Below are positions 27,443-36,103 of a DNA stretch of 64,000 bases, piece after piece. The notes under the pieces are model-generated. The model saw only the letters and a program-made list of their open reading frames with translations, made no database searches and was not told the origin of the DNA. Each line of letters starts with the position of its first letter. Position 1 is the stretch's first letter. The stretch is from Candidatus Latescibacterota bacterium (GTDB lineage Bacteria; Latescibacterota; UBA2968; UBA8231): contig CBDETY010000003.1 of NCBI GenBank assembly GCA_965243025.1, positions 3,872,001-3,936,000 on the forward strand. Reading direction: 5' to 3'. Position numbers and translations under genes: made by a program.

Positions 27443-29668
27443 TCAGCTCGCCTCGAACCGGCGCAGCACGTTGCCGGTGATGCGGGAGACGTTGTTGTCG
27501 TAGCCGTTCCAGGAAAGGCAGCCGCACCAGCTGATCGAGCCGACGGAGAAGACCGCCCCGCCCTTCGGGCCTTCGTAGTAGACCATGTCGGCGCGCACGA
27601 GCGGGTTGCTGCCGCCGGTCGGCGGCCCGGAGGCCTTCTGGTCTTCGATCGCCAGCTGGTACTCGTCGGAATGCCCCCACGAGGAAGCGAGCAGGAGGGC
27701 GTGGGCCGGCGTTCCCAGCTCGTGGTCGAGGCGGTCGATCTCGAAGCCGGCGGCGCCGTGCCCGTACACCAGGGAGGGGAAGTCCCCGATCAGCTCGTCG
27801 CCGCCGATCCCCTCGAAAATGAAGGCCGCCCGCTCGTCGAAGCTGCCGGGCAGGCGCCGGTAGGGCCGGTTCTCGCCGCTGCCCATCGCAACAAACCCGA
27901 CGCCCACCGTTTTCTGCGGGGCGCGGTTGCGCAGCCGCCACAGGCCGCCCTGCTCCCCGGTGGTGCTGTGGTGGTACTCCCCCGGCATCGCCTCCCAGGC
28001 GCGCGTGCCGCCCCAGCGCCTGACCTCGATGACGTGCGGCCGCTCCGGGTCGAAGGAGGTGACCCAGTAGAGGCCGTTGCCGCCGAGGTACATCAGCCGG
28101 CCCCCGGCCGCCTGGTAGGACTGCATCGCGTCGAGCATCCGCAGGGTCCAGTACTCGGGATGAGTGCCGGTGACGACGACGCGGTACCGCTCCAGCAGCT
28201 CGGCACCCTCGAAGTGGAGGTCGTCGTCGCTGATCACGTCGTACCCGAACCCCCGGGCGTCCATCCAGTCGAGGAGGTGGAAGTCGGCGTTGAGGCCGTG
28301 CGGCCAGCCGGCGGCCAGCGACAGCTCGGCGTTCCGGTACCCCGGCTTCATGTTCATGATCGGCCGCAGGCGGGAGGAGTAGCAGACCCCGGTGCCGTCG
28401 CTGTGCATGTCGTAGAGGCTCATCAGGTCGTGGTCGCGCATGTACTGGTCGCGCGGACCGGCCCGCCCGCTGTCGCGGCGGCCGAGCTCGACCCGCATCG
28501 GGTCGTTGTACTGCTGGTTGGCGTAGGCGAGGTAGGAGACCGACGGGGCGAGAAAGGCGATGCGGGACTGCGGGCGGCCGCGGAAGGGCCTGACCGCGAA
28601 CGGCACGAAATCCTCCTCCCCGCCGGCGCGCAGCCGCGCCGCGTAGATGCCGCTGGGCAGCCCCTCGGGGATCTTCCACTCGAAGCCGGGCTCCCACCCG
28701 GCATCCTCGAGGTCGTCGTCGTGGAAGTGGATGGCTCCGTACTCGGAGGGCATCGCCCTGAAATCCGCCTCGCGGCCGCTCCAGTTGCGGCCCGCGGCCC
28801 CCCGCATCGGCAGGTTGACGGCGCGGCCGTGAAGACCGTTGGCGGAGGTGTCGGTCACCCGCGACGACGGGATGTCGAGGGAGAAATCCCAGCTGGCGAC
28901 CAGGTCCCCGGCGGCGACAGATTCTTCCCCAGTCCGGAGCCGCTCGATCTCTCCGGCGGCGAGGGCGCGCCGGAAAAGGCGGGGGCCGTCGATCCTGCCG
29001 TTGAAATGGGCGGTGGGGACAAGGGGGCCTTCCCCGGGGCGCCCCCAGTACGCCGCCATCAGGAAGTCGCGGGAGTTTGCCCCGACTGCCGGTTTTCCGA
29101 CGGTTTCCGCAACCGCTCCCGAGGGGTTGTCGAGGGGCCAGTCGGCCAGCGGCTTCTGGTACAGGCAGGCCTCGGCGGCGACGGGGTCCCAGGTGGCGGC
29201 AACCGAGTACCAGCGGGAAGCCCTCAGGCCGGCGCCGATTCCGATTCTTTCGACTTCCCCCTTGCCCGAGCCGAGCCAGAGCGCCAGGCAGCCGTCCCCG
29301 TCGATGACCAGGGCATAGCCGGTCTGCTCCGGTTCGCACCATTTCGTCAGCAGGCCCTGGACCCCCTTCTGCGGCGTCGTCGGATAAACCCAGGCGTGCA
29401 GGGTGAACCCGTCTTCGCAGTCGAGGCGGGGATCGCGCGGCACGGCCACCGACGAGCCGCTGCGGATCGGCTGCGGCCTGCCCGGGTACTCGCCGGCGAC
29501 GTCGGAGTCGACAGGATCGAACCTGAAGCCGGGGCCGGCGGGGTTCTCGTCGAGGTGGCGCAGGCGGACGATGTCGCCGCGGTAGGCCGGGGGCTCGCTG
29601 CTGACCATGAAGCGGACCGTCTCCCCCGGGGCGACGCTGAAGCGGTCGCTGTACCCGACGAGCTTCAT
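27443..29668 (-). CDS. N,N-dimethylformamidase large (beta) subunit family protein with LamG-like domain
   Basis: GYSDRFSVAPGET, GAIHFHDDDL.DAGW, SYLAYAN, SLYD.HSDG.G, THPEYW, YLGGNG.YW, GFEID, VFSVGSI. Confidence 0.9.
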   Translation of the reverse strand: MKLVGYSDRFSVAPGETVRFMVSSEPPAYRGDIVRLRHLDENPAGPGFRFDPVDSDVAGEYPGRPQPIRSGSSVAVPRDPRLDCEDGFTLHAWVYPTTPQKGVQGLLTKWCEPEQTGYALVIDGDGCLALWLGSGKGEVERIGIGAGLRASRWYSVAATWDPVAAEACLYQKPLADWPLDNPSGAVAETVGKPAVGANSRDFLMAAYWGRPGEGPLVPTAHFNGRIDGPRLFRRALAAGEIERLRTGEESVAAGDLVASWDFSLDIPSSRVTDTSANGLHGRAVNLPMRGAAGRNWSGREADFRAMPSEYGAIHFHDDDLEDAGWEPGFEWKIPEGLPSGIYAARLRAGGEEDFVPFAVRPFRGRPQSRIAFLAPSVSYLAYANQQYNDPMRVELGRRDSGRAGPRDQYMRDHDLMSLYDMHSDGTGVCYSSRLRPIMNMKPGYRNAELSLAAGWPHGLNADFHLLDWMDARGFGYDVISDDDLHFEGAELLERYRVVVTGTHPEYWTLRMLDAMQSYQAAGGRLMYLGGNGLYWVTSFDPERPHVIEVRRWGGTRAWEAMPGEYHHSTTGEQGGLWRLRNRAPQKTVGVGFVAMGSGENRPYRRLPGSFDERAAFIFEGIGGDELIGDFPSLVYGHGAAGFEIDRLDHELGTPAHALLLASSWGHSDEYQLAIEDQKASGPPTGGSNPLVRADMVYYEGPKGGAVFSVGSISWCGCLSWNGYDNNVSRITGNVLRRFEAS

Positions 29669-30036
29669 GGGCCCGCGGCCTCCAGGGCCTCCCGCGGCCG
29701 GACCGGGAGATGCCGGTTGCTCCGGGACAAAGCTGCGTCCGCAGTTGTCGGCGAGGCTGAAGACACCGGAGAGATCGCAAAGCAACTGCTCGCCAACCCG
29801 TGATAGCTGGTTCCCTGGTTTTCCATGGCTTCTGCAGGCGTTTTCCTGCCGGATTCGGGTTGGGTTGGAAAAACGCCAACCACAGGATGCCCTGCAAAGG
29901 AAGCTGAAAACCATGGGTTGCGCGAAACAGGGAGATTGGTCAGTTAGATGCGGGACGGGATTTGTCGCACCTGCGGGCAATGACCCATGGGGTTTTTCAA
30001 TGTCCAGACACGGAGGTTCAAAGGAGGGATGACAGG

Positions 30037-33000
30037 ATGATACCATTGCCGTTTCTGTGGTTGATCCTCGCGTCCGTTGCGGTCAGGGCCCTGCCGGACG
30101 GCCATATCGAGGGAACGGTCACAGAGGAGACAGGGGCGCCGCTTTTCGGTGCCAACATCACCGTGACCTCCTCCACCGGGGAGTACCAGACCGGTACCGC
30201 CGCGGTCGCGGAAGGGCGGTTCCGCATCGCCGTTCCCGAGGACAGCTACCGGGTCGAAATCACCTTTATCGGCTACAAGTCCGAGCTCCTGGAAAACGTG
30301 CAGGTGCGAGCCGGCGAGACCACCCGGATCGACGCGGTCCTGGCGGAGCAGATCATCTATCTCGGGCAGAGCGTGGTTTCCGCCTCCCGCCGGCAGGAGA
30401 AGGTCCTCGATGCCCCGGCCTCGGTCGCAATCCTCGAGGGCAGCGAGATCCGCGACGTCCCGGCGCTCAGCGTCGGCGATCACATCAAGGACCTGCCGGG
30501 GGTGGACTTCGCGAAGACCGGAGTGGCGCGGAGCAACGCCGTGGTGCGCGGCTTCAACAACGTCTTCTCCGGGACCCTGCTCACCCTGACGGACAACCGC
30601 ATCGCCCGGGTGCCCTCCCTGCGGGTCAACGCCTTCAATTTCATCCCCCTCACCAACGACGACGTCGAACGCATCGAGGTGGTTCTCGGGCCGGGGTCTG
30701 CCCTGTACGGACCCAACAGCGCCGACGGGGTCATGCACATCATCACCCGTTCCCCGTTTGCCTCCCGGGGCACCAGCGTCAACCTCGGGTTGGGGGAGCG
30801 CAGCCTGCGCCAGACCGCGTTTCGCCACGCAGGCGCGGTGGGTGACCGGCTGGGGTACAAGGTTTCCACCCAGTTCTACACGAGCACCGAGTGGGAGTAC
30901 ACCGACCCCGAGGAGGTGGTGGCCCGGGAACTGAGGCAGGCTGCGATAGAGGCCGGAGCGGATCTGCCGCCCCTCGAAGCGCGCGATCACGACTCGATGA
31001 CCCGGAGCGTCGAAGCGCGGCTGGACTGGCGCCCCACGGACAACCTGACGGCCATTCTATCGGCGGGGCACAGCAAGTCCGACGTGGTCGGGCTGACCGG
31101 CGTGGGGGCGTCGCAGACGCTGGACTGGCAGTACAACTACACCCAGCTGCGGCTGCTCTACCGCGACTGGTTCCTCCAGGCCTTCCGCAACTGGAACGAT
31201 GCGGGGGGCACCTATCTGCTGCGCACCGGCGATCCCATCGTCGACAGTTCCTCTCTCAACGTGTTCCAGGCGCAGCACACCTCCCGCCTGGGCGGGCGCC
31301 AGCGCTTCACCTACGGTTTCGACGCCCTGCTGACGCGGCCGGACACCGACGGCACCATCATGGGCGGGAACGAGGAGGACGACGACCTCAACGAGTTCGG
31401 CGGGTACCTGCAGAGCGAGACCTCCCTGGCCGATCCCCTCGACCTCGTGCTGGCCCTGCGCTACGACTACCACAGCCGCCTCGCGGATCCGGAGCTGTCG
31501 CCGCGGGCCGCCCTGGTGTTCAAGCCGCGGGAGACCCAGACCCTGCGGCTGACCTTCAACCGGGCTTTCAGCACCCCCACCTCGAACAACCTCTACCTCG
31601 ACATAATCACCCAACGGGATCCGTTCGGCCTGAGCCCGAGTTTCACCCCGCTGTTCAGCGCGCTCGGCGCGGGAGAGTTCAAGCCGATCGATATCTGGAC
31701 CCAGGGCAACTACCGGAGAAGCTCCGGCTACGGCTTCACCTTCCGGAGGGACGAAGCGGGCCGGCCCCTCTTCCGCTCCCCCTTCTCGCCGCTGGTGGCA
31801 GGCCAGGCCGCCCTTTCGGGCCTGTCCCCCGGGGATGCCGGTTATCCCATCGGACCGAACGGGTACATCCCCATGGACCACCCCCTGGTCACCAACGCGA
31901 TGTGGGGAATCGGGAGGGAGGGGGTGCTGGCCGGGTTCGGGCCCGCCTTCCGGCAGGTCGCCGCCGCCGCCATGATTGCCCAGGGCGTGGAGTCGGAGGA
32001 GGCCCAGGCGGCAGCCGCCCGGCTGGCCGAGGCTCTCCCGGGGGTCGTGCCCGAGCAGCTGCCCGGCCTGCGCAACGTCATGGGCAGGCTGAACATCGAG
32101 TCGGAGCCGCTCGGCGGGGAGCCGGATCCGAATCGACCGTCCTTCTTCTTCGTCGAGGCGGACGGCGCCACCCCGATCACGGCCTACGACATGCCGCGCA
32201 TCCACTCGGCCGGCACCCGGACCGTCGAGCTGGGCTACAAAGGAGTGGTGGCCGGCAAGGTGGTGGTGGCCGCCGACCTGTACCAGTCGAGGATCGAGAA
32301 CTTCGTCGGGGCGATTTCGGTGGAGACGCCCAATGTCTTCCTCGACCCGCAGAGTCTGGGAGCCGCCCTGGGCGAGGGGATCGGCCAGGCCCTGTCCGAT
32401 CCGGACAACGCCGAGCTGGCCGGGGCCCTGGCGGTGCTCGACGCGGCCCGGATCCCCGGGGTGGTGCAGGGAAACAACAACGGCACCCCGGTGGACGAGC
32501 TGGCCGGCATCCTCACGGCGGGGGCGGCGGCCATCCCCTACGGCACCGTCTCCCCGGAGCAGGCCACCGATCCCTACGCGATGATCATGAGCTACCGCAA
32601 CTTCGAGGACGTTACCATCCATGGACTGGACCTGAGCCTGGCCTGGTATCCGGCCGACCGCTGGAGGCTGGCGGGGAACTACTCGTTCGTCGACGACAAT
32701 TTCTTCGAGAACCTGAAGTTCCTGCATTCCGAAGGGGGAGCCGACATTGCCCTGAACGCGCCCAGGCACAAGGCCAAGCTCGGGGCGGATTACGACTTCG
32801 GCAGGTGGGGACTTTCAGCCGGCGGCCGGGTGCGCCATGTCGGCGCCTTCCCCATGAGCTCGGGGGTCTTCGTCGGCGAGGTCGATTCCTACACGGTGAT
32901 CGATCTCAACCTCGCGTACCGGCTGCCCCTGGAGCAGGACCTGGTGCTGGGGGTCGACGCGAGCAACGTCCTCGACCGGGCCTACCAGGCGTTCGTGGGC

Positions 33001-33051
33001 GCCCCGGAGGTGGGGCGCCTGGTCTTCGCGCAGCTGGGGCTGCGGTTCTGA
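30037..33051 (+). CDS. TonB-dependent receptor with N-terminal carboxypeptidase-regulatory-like domain
   Basis: Signal peptide, PL.GANI/FIGY domain, VVSASR TonB-box region, IEVVLGPGSALYG plug, C-terminal Phe. Confidence 0.93.
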   Translation: MIPLPFLWLILASVAVRALPDGHIEGTVTEETGAPLFGANITVTSSTGEYQTGTAAVAEGRFRIAVPEDSYRVEITFIGYKSELLENVQVRAGETTRIDAVLAEQIIYLGQSVVSASRRQEKVLDAPASVAILEGSEIRDVPALSVGDHIKDLPGVDFAKTGVARSNAVVRGFNNVFSGTLLTLTDNRIARVPSLRVNAFNFIPLTNDDVERIEVVLGPGSALYGPNSADGVMHIITRSPFASRGTSVNLGLGERSLRQTAFRHAGAVGDRLGYKVSTQFYTSTEWEYTDPEEVVARELRQAAIEAGADLPPLEARDHDSMTRSVEARLDWRPTDNLTAILSAGHSKSDVVGLTGVGASQTLDWQYNYTQLRLLYRDWFLQAFRNWNDAGGTYLLRTGDPIVDSSSLNVFQAQHTSRLGGRQRFTYGFDALLTRPDTDGTIMGGNEEDDDLNEFGGYLQSETSLADPLDLVLALRYDYHSRLADPELSPRAALVFKPRETQTLRLTFNRAFSTPTSNNLYLDIITQRDPFGLSPSFTPLFSALGAGEFKPIDIWTQGNYRRSSGYGFTFRRDEAGRPLFRSPFSPLVAGQAALSGLSPGDAGYPIGPNGYIPMDHPLVTNAMWGIGREGVLAGFGPAFRQVAAAAMIAQGVESEEAQAAAARLAEALPGVVPEQLPGLRNVMGRLNIESEPLGGEPDPNRPSFFFVEADGATPITAYDMPRIHSAGTRTVELGYKGVVAGKVVVAADLYQSRIENFVGAISVETPNVFLDPQSLGAALGEGIGQALSDPDNAELAGALAVLDAARIPGVVQGNNNGTPVDELAGILTAGAAAIPYGTVSPEQATDPYAMIMSYRNFEDVTIHGLDLSLAWYPADRWRLAGNYSFVDDNFFENLKFLHSEGGADIALNAPRHKAKLGADYDFGRWGLSAGGRVRHVGAFPMSSGVFVGEVDSYTVIDLNLAYRLPLEQDLVLGVDASNVLDRAYQAFVGAPEVGRLVFAQLGLRF

Positions 33052-33238
33052 TGCGGCGGGGAGAGCAATACCAGCGGGTAGGGGTGGCCGCTCCCCGCTT
33101 TGGGTGCGGCCGGCAGGCTCGACCGGGGACTTCCGGCAACCCCGTACTGGATGAGGTTGCGGGCCTCCCGGCCTCGGCCAAGCTGCTTCGGTGAGGAAGT
33201 CGGCAGGCCGCGAGCATTTTGCGGCCGTCAGGTGAGAA

Positions 33239-34042
33239 TCAGTCGGCCGGGGTTCGTTCCAGCGTTTCCAGCCAGCGGTAACCGTAGTCAGGAATATCCG
33301 ATGACGCCGCAGTTACACCATCGGGCAACATGTCGAAGCGTTCGACCCGCAGGCGGTAGCTGTAGCCGTGCCACGGCTGGAAACCGACGATTTCGCTGTG
33401 AAAGGCCTCACCATTGACCACGTTGCAGTACACCCGGTCGCCGCTGCCGCACTCGATCCTTCCTGGGCCAACGGTTATTTCTTCCTCATCCGTAGCGGCC
33501 GCTTCGGTTTTCGAGATCACCGAATTCAACAGGTACCGGCCATCGCCGTACCTGTTTGCGTCGAGGGTATAGTGAAAGCCGGCCTCGTATTCGAAGCTGG
33601 TGACAATGTCGTTGTACGGAGCGCCGTCGATCAGCAGACAGAAGTCGTCGGCCCGCGGGCACCTTACCCGGGCAGGTCCAACCGACAGGGTCGCGGAAGT
33701 GTAGGAAGCGGGAGTTTTCTCAAGCTGTTCCAGCAGACGGTAGCTGTACTGGCCCGCGTCCTGCGGCGGTTCCCCTCCGCCCCAGGGGTCGTACTTCCCG
33801 ATGCGCAGCCGGTAGTCGTAGCCCGCCTCGTAGTCTAAGCCCTCGATGCCGTCGTAGAAAAACCCCCCGTCAACCACCATGCAGGTCTGTTCGCCCACGC
33901 CGTAGCATTTGGCCAGGGCGGGCCCGACGGTTACTTCCCTGATCTCGAGGTATTTTTCTCCGTCAGGTCCCACGGGCCCGTCGTCACAGGAGGCAATGGC
34001 CAGGGCAAGGAGACCTGAAATCAACGGGATTCTCGTGCTCAT
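33239..34042 (-). CDS. Lipoprotein with three tandem DUF4377-like domains
   Basis: Lipobox IASC; 3x VGP...C...C..V/IDG.....I.GF.YE.GY.Y.L repeat; RBS ggagg. Confidence 0.8.
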   Translation of the reverse strand: MSTRIPLISGLLALAIASCDDGPVGPDGEKYLEIREVTVGPALAKCYGVGEQTCMVVDGGFFYDGIEGLDYEAGYDYRLRIGKYDPWGGGEPPQDAGQYSYRLLEQLEKTPASYTSATLSVGPARVRCPRADDFCLLIDGAPYNDIVTSFEYEAGFHYTLDANRYGDGRYLLNSVISKTEAAATDEEEITVGPGRIECGSGDRVYCNVVNGEAFHSEIVGFQPWHGYSYRLRVERFDMLPDGVTAASSDIPDYGYRWLETLERTPAD

Positions 34043-34185
34043 CGGTTTACCTCCGAGGTGCGGCAATCGCCGGGGATCCGGGCTCTCTTTTCCCGACGTG
34101 ACCGCAATTGGCCACCCTCCGCCGATCCCTTTCCTCGCGCCGCCAGATCTCTCATAGGACAACTCCACCTTTGAGGAGTTCCCGC

Positions 34186-35067
34186 TCAGGAGCACGCCCT
34201 GTGCTCAAGCGCCATCGCCATGTAGTCGGGCCGCACCGGCCAGAACACGTCCACCACGTCGACCCCGGCCGGGCGGATGCGGGCGGCGTGCACCATCCCT
34301 CCCGGCTGCAGGATCACGTCGAGGTCCTTCATCGGCAGCCAGTCGTCGATGATTCCCTCGTCCATCTCCCCCTGCAGGACCATCATCAGCTGGTCTTCCG
34401 GGTGGAAGTGGTGGGGGAAGGAGGAGCCGCCGTCCATGCGGATGAAGCTGAGCATGAAGTTGCGGCCCCACATCAGGGTGGTGTGGGCCGTCGGGGGCAG
34501 CGATTCCCGCCCCGGCATGACGACCGGCTGCCGCGGGATGTCCTCGAACCGGTACACCACCCCGGCCCGCAGCGACGGCTCGATCCCCTGGTCGGGAAAA
34601 CCAACCTCCGCATCCGCCTGCAGCTTCGTTCCGGCCAGCGCGAGGTGCCCTGCCAGCACGGGCGAGAACACTTCCATGGCGGCGAAGCCGCCGGCGCCCG
34701 CCCGCAGGGTCCGCCGCATTCCATCGGTCAGGTAGAGGAACGACCTGCCGCCCAGTTCCACTTCCCTGCCGTCGACCTCACAGGTGGCCGAGCCGCCCTG
34801 CACCGCGGTGATCAGCTCGCCGGGCAGGGTCTGTTCCGGGTACAGGGCCCCGGGCTCCATCTCGAGCCATTCCAGCAGGGTGCCGCGCCCCCACGAAACG
34901 GAAGCCCTCACCCCTTCGGCGATGGCGATGCCAGGCAGGTCGGCCGTGGCGTACACCTTGCCGGCCTCCATGGCGACCGCAACCTCCGGCTCTGGAACCT
35001 CGCGTTCGCGGCTGGTCAGTCCTTTTTCGGCGATGTACCGGGCGTTGTGGCCGGCCCATGCTTCCAT
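34186..35067 (-). CDS. Bicupin protein
   Basis: Two cupin halves; the C-terminal one has HFHPEDQ...MVH metal motif and DVFWPVRPDY. Confidence 0.8.
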   Translation of the reverse strand: MEAWAGHNARYIAEKGLTSREREVPEPEVAVAMEAGKVYATADLPGIAIAEGVRASVSWGRGTLLEWLEMEPGALYPEQTLPGELITAVQGGSATCEVDGREVELGGRSFLYLTDGMRRTLRAGAGGFAAMEVFSPVLAGHLALAGTKLQADAEVGFPDQGIEPSLRAGVVYRFEDIPRQPVVMPGRESLPPTAHTTLMWGRNFMLSFIRMDGGSSFPHHFHPEDQLMMVLQGEMDEGIIDDWLPMKDLDVILQPGGMVHAARIRPAGVDVVDVFWPVRPDYMAMALEHRACS

Positions 35068-35236
35068 GCCTCTCCTCCTTTTTCAGGGATACCTGCGATT
35101 TCCCGGATCGGCAAAATCCAGGCCGGGGCACCTCCGGGAACGCCCGGATTCAACGCCCCGCATGGGGAATCGTTCTCTTTCAACTGCCTCGCATCTGTCC
35201 GGAATTCCCGGATCAACCGCCCCCGCGGCATTTGAT

Positions 35237-36001
35237 TCAATCGAGGTTCTCCAGGGCCCTGGCGTAGCGCGGACGGAAGTGCATGCGGCGGAAGCCGAGG
35301 CGCCGGTAGACTCTCTCGGCGGGGCTCTCGCATTCGACCTCCAGCGTGGTCCAGCGGTTGCCCAGGGCCTGCGAGTCGGCGACGGCGCGCGCGACCGTTG
35401 CGGAGGCGACGCCGCGGCGGCGGTGCTCCGGCAGGGTGCCGACCGCGTCGATGTAGCCGATTCCGTTGCGGGAATACAGCAGCGCGGTGCCGGCCGGCTC
35501 CCCCCGCCTCGAGGCGAGGTAGAGGCGGACCTCGGGCACGCAGAGAACCGAGCGGCCAACCTCTACAACTTCGGGGGGATTGCCGAAGCAGGTGCACATG
35601 ATCTCCGCCCAGGTGCCGTACCTGCCGCCGCCGGCGGTCTCCACCTCGACGCCTTCGGCGGAATCCGGGCCCGCCAGCCTGTCGCAGAGCATCGCCACCG
35701 GCAGCAGCGCCAGCTCGAACCCCCGTTGCCGCAGCCGTTCGGCCATGTCGGCAGGCCGGTCCAGCGGCGACAGGGTGAAGAGGCAGTCGTACTGCTTCTC
35801 CCGAAAAAACCGGACGGCGGCGTCGATCAGCCGGTCCGCCTCTTCCCCGGCCACGTCGACCCGGGCGACGCGGTGGAACATGACCGCCTTCACCTCTTCG
35901 CGGCTGTAGGCGCGGGCCCCCCCGAGGTCGGTGCTGTCGCACCAGCGGGCGCGGAACTCGTTCCAGTGATTCTCGAAGGTCCTGGTGAATTCGTCCGTCA
36001 C
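35237..36001 (-). CDS. GNAT family N-acetyltransferase
   Basis: VGTLPEHRRRGVA motif A, VYRRLGF; GTG start with RBS ggag. Confidence 0.85.
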   Translation of the reverse strand: MTDEFTRTFENHWNEFRARWCDSTDLGGARAYSREEVKAVMFHRVARVDVAGEEADRLIDAAVRFFREKQYDCLFTLSPLDRPADMAERLRQRGFELALLPVAMLCDRLAGPDSAEGVEVETAGGGRYGTWAEIMCTCFGNPPEVVEVGRSVLCVPEVRLYLASRRGEPAGTALLYSRNGIGYIDAVGTLPEHRRRGVASATVARAVADSQALGNRWTTLEVECESPAERVYRRLGFRRMHFRPRYARALENLD

Positions 36002-36103
36002 CGAAAGTCTCCCGGGTATTGCGTTGCGCAGCCGAATCCGGCGGAGTAACGTACCCGCAACGATAGCCTTTCCCTCGACTCGCAGAAACCTGGACGCATT
36101 CGC

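Noticed and set aside
29665-29883. 72-aa ORF overlapping the DMFase start as a possible alpha subunit
   Set aside because: Too short, Ser/Pro-rich, no resemblance to DmfA1 and no clear RBS
29870-30030. Cobalamin or c-di-GMP riboswitch upstream of the TonB receptor
   Set aside because: No B12-box or GEMM core motifs found by eye
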